Positions 48,705 through 55,313 of a stretch of DNA of 64,000 bases are shown here, one piece after another. Location: the NCBI GenBank assembly GCA_963733545.1, contig CAVTDQ010000002.1:139565-203564 (forward strand), in the 5' to 3' direction. Below the pieces are notes generated by a model, which had not been told where the DNA came from, ran no database searches, and saw only the letters and a program-made list of their open reading frames with translations. The translations under genes were made by a program, and so were the position numbers. How positions within the stretch are numbered: the first letter of the stretch is position 1; each line of letters opens with the position of its first letter. This DNA is from Terriglobia bacterium (GTDB lineage Bacteria > Acidobacteriota > Terriglobia > Terriglobales > Acidobacteriaceae).

Positions 48705-49664
48705 GTGGTTTCGATTGCAATTGCGTGTGCCTCCGATAGCCGCTATGCCATGCCCCTGGCGGTGATGCTGCGTTCACTCTCCACCAACCTCGGCCCCGAT
48801 TGCCAGGTCGAGGTATACGCCGTGGATGATGCGATAGATTCGTCCGCTAAAACAATGGTGCTTGCGTCTCTGAGCGATCGTATGAAACTCCACTGGATAG
48901 AACCGAACGGCAGCGGTTTGTCTAACCTCCCCACTTGGGGCCGAATGCCGATTACTACCTACCAGAAATTGACTTTAGGAGAGTGGCTTCCTTCCCATAT
49001 CGAGAAGGTGATTTGGCTCGACTGCGACATGCTGGTTCTCGATGATGTCAGGCCGCTTTGGGAGGCCGATCTGGAACACTGGCACTTGTTGGCGGTGCCC
49101 GATCAGCGGGTGCCCCTGGTCTCCTCGCGCTTCGGAGTCTCCGCTTATCGCGATCTCGGACTAAAACCTGAGACCACATATTTCAATGCGGGGGTCCTGG
49201 TGATTGACGTAGCCCGCTGGCGGCAGGATGACGTGGCCGGCCACGCAATAAAATACTTGAACACATACCGGGACCAGGTGTTTTTCTGGGACCAGGAGGC
49301 ATTGAATGCAGTTCTAGCCAGGAAGGCGGGAAAACTTGACCTGGGCTGGAACCAGAATCCCACGCTCAGTCATTTGGTCAATGGCCACACCAGCTCAGAC
49401 AAAGACACCAGCCCGCCGTCGCACGGCGGAATCAGAATTGCGCACTTTAGCGGCAACCTTAAGCCATGGAATTGTGCCGGACAGACTCCCTATCACGATC
49501 TTTATTTCCATTATCTTGACCAGACGGCGTGGAAGGGCTGGCGCCCGCCCAGGACTTGGAGAGGCACCGCGTTGGAGGCCTACGAATCATCCCGACTGCG
49601 GCGTTTTTTATATCCGGCAGAGCAGTGGGCGACTCAATTGGTGAGAACCTTCACTCGAAATTAG
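48705..49664 (+). CDS. Glycosyltransferase family 8
   Basis: IAIACASDSRYAMPLAVMLRSL, WLDCDMLVLDDVRPLW (DxD) and FNAGVLVIDVARWR. Confidence 0.85.
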   Translation: MVSIAIACASDSRYAMPLAVMLRSLSTNLGPDCQVEVYAVDDAIDSSAKTMVLASLSDRMKLHWIEPNGSGLSNLPTWGRMPITTYQKLTLGEWLPSHIEKVIWLDCDMLVLDDVRPLWEADLEHWHLLAVPDQRVPLVSSRFGVSAYRDLGLKPETTYFNAGVLVIDVARWRQDDVAGHAIKYLNTYRDQVFFWDQEALNAVLARKAGKLDLGWNQNPTLSHLVNGHTSSDKDTSPPSHGGIRIAHFSGNLKPWNCAGQTPYHDLYFHYLDQTAWKGWRPPRTWRGTALEAYESSRLRRFLYPAEQWATQLVRTFTRN

Positions 49665-49682
49665 TATCGCTGAGAGGAAATC

Positions 49683-50687
49683 GTGAACGACTCAAATCAG
49701 GAACGTTTAACATCCCCGGTAGAATCTGACCGATCCGCTCGCGTGCCCCAATTGTCGGTGGTTCTGGCCACCGATACCTACGAAACGGTACGGGCGGTTA
49801 TCGAGCGCCTGCGTCGACAGACGTTATGTCATGACATCGAACTTGTGCTGATAGCACCATCCACTGCATCAGTGGAGGTAGTGCTGTCCTATCGAAAAGA
49901 ATTCGCAGACATCAAACTCGTTGAGCACGACTTTTCAGAGGTTGCGCCTGCCCGCGCGGCGGGAATTCACGCTGCCTCGGCTCCCCTTATCTACATCGCG
50001 GAAACTCATTCCTACGCCCGTCCGAATCTGGCCGAGATACTTATCTCTACATTTTCCGGCCCCTGGGCGGCCGTAACTCCGGCTATTGGCAATGGCAATC
50101 CAAAAGGTGCACTCAGTTGGGCCGCTTTTCTGTCCGACTATGGACAGTGGGCCGAAGGCCTTCCGGCAGGCGAGATTCCATCTCCCCCGCCTCACAACGC
50201 TGTTTACAGACGCCAACTGTTGTTGGAACTGGGGGACCGGCTTGAGTCGGCACTCGGGCTCAGCGATGAGTTACCTCGGTGGATGCGCGCTCACGGACAT
50301 CGGACATACTTCGAACCCGCGGCGCAAATCGATCACGTCAATGTCACGCGCCCCGGAGACTGGATCAGGGAGCGATTTGTATCTGGATGGGTCGTCGCCT
50401 CGAACCGGGCCAGACACTGGAACTTTAGGCGGCGATTCGTTTATGTGGCCGGATCTGGTCTCATTCCGGCGGTCTTGATGTGGCGTGCTTTTCCCAAGCT
50501 ATGGAGAATCTGTCGCAGCCGTCATCTGCCGTTCGCGACTATCCCGGCTATTTTCGGCGCGGCAGTGTTGAAAGCAGCGGGCGAACTGTGTGGATATATC
50601 GGCGGCGCTCGTGCTTATTATGCCCACCACTACATGTGGGAATACGAAGTGCATAAGCTCAAATATCTGGCAAGCGCGAAAGCATGA
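49683..50687 (+). CDS. GT-A-like (GT2-related) protein with ETH in place of DxD; paralog of 43189..44253
   Basis: LSVVLATDTYETVRAVIERLRRQT...ELVLIAP...YIAETHSYARPNL. Blocks shared with the paralog include PWAAV.P.I.N.NP.G and LLL.LGD.L. Confidence 0.7.
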   Translation: MNDSNQERLTSPVESDRSARVPQLSVVLATDTYETVRAVIERLRRQTLCHDIELVLIAPSTASVEVVLSYRKEFADIKLVEHDFSEVAPARAAGIHAASAPLIYIAETHSYARPNLAEILISTFSGPWAAVTPAIGNGNPKGALSWAAFLSDYGQWAEGLPAGEIPSPPPHNAVYRRQLLLELGDRLESALGLSDELPRWMRAHGHRTYFEPAAQIDHVNVTRPGDWIRERFVSGWVVASNRARHWNFRRRFVYVAGSGLIPAVLMWRAFPKLWRICRSRHLPFATIPAIFGAAVLKAAGELCGYIGGARAYYAHHYMWEYEVHKLKYLASAKA

Positions 50688-51739
50688 GTCCGAAGCCTCG
50701 CACGATCCGCTTTGGAGTAATCGGATGCGGTGTCATTGCCTACTGGACCCACCTGCGCGAGCTAAGCCGTGTGAAGAATGCCATCCTGGTAGCCGCCGCC
50801 GACCCCGATGAAAATGCCCGTACTAAGGCTGCGAGGCTTGCTCGAATAACCGTTTACGAGCATCCGGACGAACTGCTCCGGCGCGACGATATCGATGCGG
50901 TCGTAATCTGTGTCCCCACACACCTGCACGCCCAGTTGGCAATATCCTCAGCCCGAGCGCACAAACACTTTTATCTGGAGAAGCCAATAGCGTCCACGCT
51001 GGAGGACGCCAGTCGTGTGATCGAAGCAGCTCAATGTGCGGGCGTCGTCTCGGCCATTGGATTCAACCGCCGGCTGCATCCCGTTTTCGAGCAGTCTCGC
51101 GCCCTGATAGCGGCTGGAAGAATTGGAAGGGTCAGGGCCGTAGTGACGGCGTGTTGCGAACCGGTCTCGCCTGGCAGCATGCCTCAGTGGAAAAAACAGC
51201 GATCAACCGGAGGCGGAGTTCTGCTCGACTTGGCCTCCCACCATATAGATTATTTACGCTGGTTCCTTAACGGCGAGGTCACTGGTGTCGAAGCTCGTTT
51301 GAACTCCGAATTAAGCGAGGACGATACCGCTTCTCTGCGGCTAGTCATGCAGGATGGGGTTGAGGTTGCCAGCTTTTTCTCTTTTCGCGCTGGCTTAACT
51401 GACTTTCTGGAATTCATTGGGGAGCGCGGTTCTTTGCGTGTGGATCGCCACCGGCGTTTTCTTTCCCTGCGGGCTGGACGCAGATTCGGATATGGACAGC
51501 GTACACTCCGAATTTTTCCCGGGCGCGATGTTCTCGCTTATCAGTTCGTCCGGTTGCGGCGGCCTTCTTACGAACCTTCCTACAGACGTGCTCTTGAAGC
51601 ATTCGTCGAATTGATCAACGGCGGCCAACCTCGTCTGGCAACCTTGAACGACGGGCTTCGCAGCCTGGAAATAATCCACGCCGCTGAAAAGTCGGCTCGA
51701 GACCAGCCAGAATTGGCTGCCACCTCTGTCCGGGGCTAA
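50684..51739 (+). CDS. Gfo/Idh/MocA family oxidoreductase (paralog of 41227..42255)
   Basis: IRFGVIGCGVIAY and YLEKPIA. Blocks shared with the paralog are WKKQRSTGGGVLLDLASHHID and MQDGVEVASFF. It overlaps its upstream neighbour by 4 nt and its downstream neighbour by 1 nt. Confidence 0.85.
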   Translation: MSPKPRTIRFGVIGCGVIAYWTHLRELSRVKNAILVAAADPDENARTKAARLARITVYEHPDELLRRDDIDAVVICVPTHLHAQLAISSARAHKHFYLEKPIASTLEDASRVIEAAQCAGVVSAIGFNRRLHPVFEQSRALIAAGRIGRVRAVVTACCEPVSPGSMPQWKKQRSTGGGVLLDLASHHIDYLRWFLNGEVTGVEARLNSELSEDDTASLRLVMQDGVEVASFFSFRAGLTDFLEFIGERGSLRVDRHRRFLSLRAGRRFGYGQRTLRIFPGRDVLAYQFVRLRRPSYEPSYRRALEAFVELINGGQPRLATLNDGLRSLEIIHAAEKSARDQPELAATSVRG

Positions 51740-52920
51740 TGCGAGTTCTTCTTATTACTGACTGGAATCGGGGCCACGGGGGCGCCGAAGCGTACGCGCT
51801 GTGGCTTCGCCAGGGTTTGCGCGCCGCAGGCGACGACGCGCGGCTGCTCACCAGCACCGCTGGCAGCGCAGCCGAAGGTACCGCGGATTTTGTGGCATTC
51901 GGCACCGAACAGGTTGCGGCACAGGCGTTTCTCCAAGTCGCAAATCCCCTGGCTGCTGCATCGGTGCGCAAGGCGGTTCGTCAGTTCAATCCTGATGTCG
52001 CCTGCGTGAACATGTTCGCTCACCATCTGTCCCCCTCCATATTTCAAGCGCTGGGAACTACGCCAACGGTTCTGCTCGTATCCGACTACAAGTGCGTGTG
52101 TCCCATCGGCTCAAAGCTCCTGCCCGACGGTTCAATTTGTACCGTCAAAGCTGGTTGGGTGTGCTGCCAATCTGGGTGCTTGAACTTGCCCCACTGGCTT
52201 CGCGACCAGTTTCGATACGCGCATCTTTACTCCGCAGTCCGGCGGGTGCGGCGTGTGGCTGCGTGCAGCCGGTGGGTCCAGACAGAACTCTCAGCCGCCG
52301 GCATCACTTCTGAAGTAGTTCCGTGGCCTGTGCCTGCTCCGACAGTTGAGTTCGTGCGGTCTCCCTCAAGCGACCCCCTGTTCCTGTTTTGCGGACGCTT
52401 GGACGTCGAGAAGGGCGTGGGGTTGCTGTTACGGGCATTCGCTCGACTGCATGCGGAGATTCCCTCGGCACGGCTGCGTATCGCCGGTCGCGGACCCGAA
52501 CAAGAAAATTTGGAGAGAACTGCCGTAAATCTCGGAATTGAGAAGTCGGTGACGTTTCTCGGCTGGCTATCACCGATAGATATCGAACATCAATTGCGTC
52601 ACGCCTGGACTTTGGTGGCGCCCTCCGTCTGGGCGGAACCGTTCGGGCTGGTCGCCGTCGAGGCCATTGTCCGTGGGGTTCCGGTTATCGCCAGTTCCAG
52701 CGGTGGATTGAGCGAGATTGTGGAGCAGGGCGTCAGCGGGCTTCTCTTCCCTAACAACGACGAACTCGCCTTGATTCAGAACATGCGAGCAATCGCAAAC
52801 AGTTCAGTCTTCCCGACGCATACTTTGCCGATTGAAGTGCAGAAACGCGCGGCTCAAGATTTTGGCATCGAGGCTCATATCCGAACCATGCGAGAGATTT
52901 TTGCTGCCGTAGCCGCTTAA
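51739..52920 (+). CDS. Glycosyltransferase family 4 (GT-B, GT1/GT4 type)
   Basis: MRVLLITDWNRGHGGAE and the E-x7-E region EPFGLVAVEAIVRGVPVIASSSGGLSEIVE. Confidence 0.9.
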   Translation: MRVLLITDWNRGHGGAEAYALWLRQGLRAAGDDARLLTSTAGSAAEGTADFVAFGTEQVAAQAFLQVANPLAAASVRKAVRQFNPDVACVNMFAHHLSPSIFQALGTTPTVLLVSDYKCVCPIGSKLLPDGSICTVKAGWVCCQSGCLNLPHWLRDQFRYAHLYSAVRRVRRVAACSRWVQTELSAAGITSEVVPWPVPAPTVEFVRSPSSDPLFLFCGRLDVEKGVGLLLRAFARLHAEIPSARLRIAGRGPEQENLERTAVNLGIEKSVTFLGWLSPIDIEHQLRHAWTLVAPSVWAEPFGLVAVEAIVRGVPVIASSSGGLSEIVEQGVSGLLFPNNDELALIQNMRAIANSSVFPTHTLPIEVQKRAAQDFGIEAHIRTMREIFAAVAA

Positions 52921-53216
52921 CAAAGTTTTTCTCCAGTGTTAAATGTGGACCTCCCTCCGGGCGCGCTCACCGAGATGAAGTTCAGGGAGAAGGCGTCGGT
53001 GCGCGTCATTGGCCTTGCCATCGCCGTAGAGTTTGGCGAGGAGAGAGCCAACATGCATCGCAGCTCGCCAGGCGGTGCCGCAAGGTGGAGCTGCTGGTTA
53101 GTGGGAGGAAGACAACCTCCTGACTATGTTCCCGGCCCTGATGATCGAGCGCAAGGCAGTGCGGGACGGGCTGGATATTCTGGAAGGATGTTTATGACCT
53201 GGTTGGGAGGCACCTG

Positions 53217-53918
53217 ATGCTGCGGAAATCGCCTAACCAACAAGCCGACGTGCAGACCCATGGCGCGGAGCGCGGGCTCGACCGCTTCGAGGGATTCAGC
53301 GACGCGGTTTTCGCAATTGCGCTGACGTTACTGATCGTCGAGATCAAGGTCCCGGGATCTCCCGAGGGCCCGCATGGCTACATTGGATTGGCGGGTGCCA
53401 TGGCCGAGCAGTGGCGCGAATTTCTCGCGCTGGTTCTCTGCTACGTCGTGATCGGCGCCTACTGGCTGCAGCACGATTATTCGGGCCGCATTTACGCGAA
53501 GACTGATCATTAGTTCGGCGCACTCAATCTCCTGTTCCTGTTGGCCATTGTCGTTATCCCCTATCCGATCCGCCTCTGGTGCTTCCACATCGGCACGCGC
53601 TTCGAGCGCGTCGCATCGGTGACCCTGGTTGCCAGCCTCGCCATGACCGCCTGTACGTGGATGGGGAAGTGGTTCTACGGAATGCCGGGCCGGCGCGTGA
53701 TGGACGAACGGCTCTCACCCGATTTCCTTCGGCAGATGACGCATCGCTACGGCATCGCTACGCTGGTGCAAATCGCCGCAATTGCCGTCACGATCGCGGT
53801 GCCGCGCCTCGGAACGGCGCTCGCGCTGCTGTGCGTCGCCTTCTTCCTGCTGCCGCAACCAAAGCCACGCTATAAGCCCGGTGAGGAGCCGAGCGCGCAG
53901 GAGAAATTGAAAGAGTAG
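53217..53918 (+). pseudogene. TMEM175 / DUF1211-type K+ channel gene interrupted by one in-frame TAG (53511-53513)
   Basis: ORFs 53217..53513 and 53541..53918 are in the same frame. The signature RFEGFSDAVFAIALTLLIVEI lies in the first part. Read-through gives ...YAKTDH*FGALNLLFLLAIVVIPYP..., a continuous 6-TM-type protein of 233 codons. Confidence 0.7.
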
Positions 53919-53957
53919 AGCTTTTGCGCGAGTCGCGATCCAGAACCCGCAGCCGAC

Positions 53958-54218
53958 GACCCGGACACTCAAATGGAACGAAAACTGACATGCGACCACG
54001 CAGTGAACGCTTTGTCGAAATGCCTGCGGTGAATATGTTCAGGAATTAGATACGCCTGCGGCGGCGTGGATAACCATACGGTGGGCCAGCTGCACGGACA
54101 CATAGACCTCAGCATGGCAGCGAGATATCAGCATTTGTCCCCGGCATACTGAGGCGAGTCCGTGGCCCGATTAGACGCAGTTTTCGACCTCCCGCGTACC
54201 CCAGCGTCACCGCAATAA
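53958..54218 (+). pseudogene. Decayed 3' remnant of a tyrosine recombinase (phage-type integrase) gene
   Basis: A single frame with two internal stops reads ...KLTCDHAVNALSKCLR*ICSGIRYACGGVDNHTVGQLHGHIDLSMAARYQHLSPAY*GESVARLD. This resembles the integrase C-terminus (HxLRHT...AGVDxxTVQxLLGHxxxxMTxRYxHLSPExLxxAVxxLD) with the catalytic box degraded. It lies 43 nt from the 3' end of tRNA-Glu. Confidence 0.5.
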
Positions 54219-54260
54219 GGGCAGTCTTTACCGATGAGGCTGTAAGCGCTTGATTTGATT

Positions 54261-54338
54261 TGGCGTCCCCGACGGGATTTGAACCCGTGTTACCGCCGTG
54301 AAAGGGCGATGTCCTAGGCCAGGCTAGACGACGGGGAC
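54261..54338 (-). tRNA. tRNA-Glu: tRNA-Glu (anticodon UUC), CCA encoded
   Basis: The reverse complement is GTCCCCGTCGTCTAGCCTGGCCTAGGACATCGCCCTTTCACGGCGGTAACACGGGTTCAAATCCCGTCGGGGACGCCA. It folds with a 7-bp acceptor stem, 3-bp D stem, anticodon loop CTTTCAC and T-arm ACGGG/CCCGT. It is close to E. coli tRNA-Glu. Confidence 0.92.
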
Positions 54339-54360
54339 TACTGAGGAATCGAACACCACG

Positions 54361-54369
54361 ATTCTACCA
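54361..54369 (-). promoter_or_regulatory. Candidate extended -10 promoter element for tRNA-Glu
   Basis: The minus strand reads TGgTAGAAT, 22 nt upstream of the mature tRNA 5' end. No good -35 element is present. Confidence 0.35.
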
Positions 54370-54714
54370 CCCTCAACCTCGATGCGGTTCGCAGCAGTCA
54401 CAATCGCCCGTTTAAGTTGGCGCTGACGCTGTGCTGAGGTGCTGTTCATTGCTGTTCATTAATGAGCTGGCTTAATCATGCGGAAGCGGAGAACTTCAAA
54501 CCACCGCGCTCGAAATCGATAACGTAAAATTCGCTGCGATCTCGTGGTGCGTAACCCAGACGAGCTTCGACATCTCCACTACTGCGGAGGACCTGCGAAG
54601 CTGGGCTTCATTGGACTGGCATTTCAACTCAAACACGAGCCCTGCGGTTTGAAAACCCGCGAGGCTGATCGCGCAAATCCGCCTGCCGCACACAGGGAGT
54701 CTGCAATTCTCTAC

Positions 54715-55287
54715 TTAGCGCGACCAGTGATAGACGATGCCGGCGCCCACCAGGAGATTGTTTTGATGGTCGTTCGTGGCATTGGCGAAAGTGGTGAGGT
54801 AATAGTCGATCTGAATTACACGCAATGCGAAATGGCCGCGTAGAGGAACGTCGACGCCGCCACCCATCCGGGTGGCAAATTTGTAGGAGCCATCGGCGAC
54901 GCCGGCCTCTCCGCCTCCCGCGTGCGCTGCGCCCAAAATGATTTGCGCGAAGGGCTGCGGCTTATGACTGCCCTCCAGCCAGGGCTGCGAGATTTTGTAA
55001 CGCGCGCCCGCCAAGTACGAAACCAGGGTTAGAGAATCGTTTGCCGCAGGTTTGCTGCTTCTGTTCTCTGCGCTGATATCCACGACGGCAGACCAGGAAT
55101 TACGAAAGTTCCAGGAGCCGGATACCCCTCCCCCATTCAGACCAAAGCAGCCGCACTGGCCAGGGCCGGCGTTAGTGTGCATCCAATGGTAAGCGGCAGC
55201 GATATCGCCGCCGTAAGTGTCCTGCTGGGCCAGCGCCGCAGCAGCACCTGCAAGCAAGAAAACCGTGGAAAGCAGCAACGATCGCAT
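54715..55287 (-). CDS. Small outer-membrane beta-barrel protein (OmpA-N / OmpW-like porin family)
   Basis: ATG at 55287 has GGAGGA 9 nt upstream. Signal peptide MRSLLLSTVFLLAGAAAALAQ. The body has alternating amphipathic strands rich in Gly and aromatics. Confidence 0.75.
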   Translation of the reverse strand: MRSLLLSTVFLLAGAAAALAQQDTYGGDIAAAYHWMHTNAGPGQCGCFGLNGGGVSGSWNFRNSWSAVVDISAENRSSKPAANDSLTLVSYLAGARYKISQPWLEGSHKPQPFAQIILGAAHAGGGEAGVADGSYKFATRMGGGVDVPLRGHFALRVIQIDYYLTTFANATNDHQNNLLVGAGIVYHWSR

Positions 55288-55313
55288 AGTGAATTTTCCT
55301 CCGACGGATGGCA

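Noticed and set aside
52936-53217. 93-aa ORF between the GT4 gene and the TMEM175 pseudogene
   Set aside because: No family resemblance and an odd composition (Gly/Arg/Pro-rich C-terminus). It may be a fragment of something degraded, but I cannot support a call.
54441-54460. Tandem duplication GCTGTTCATT GCTGTTCATT upstream of tRNA-Glu, considered as a possible CRISPR or microsatellite
   Set aside because: There are only two 10-bp units with no spacers. This is a trivial local duplication. No CRISPR-like array exists anywhere in the window.
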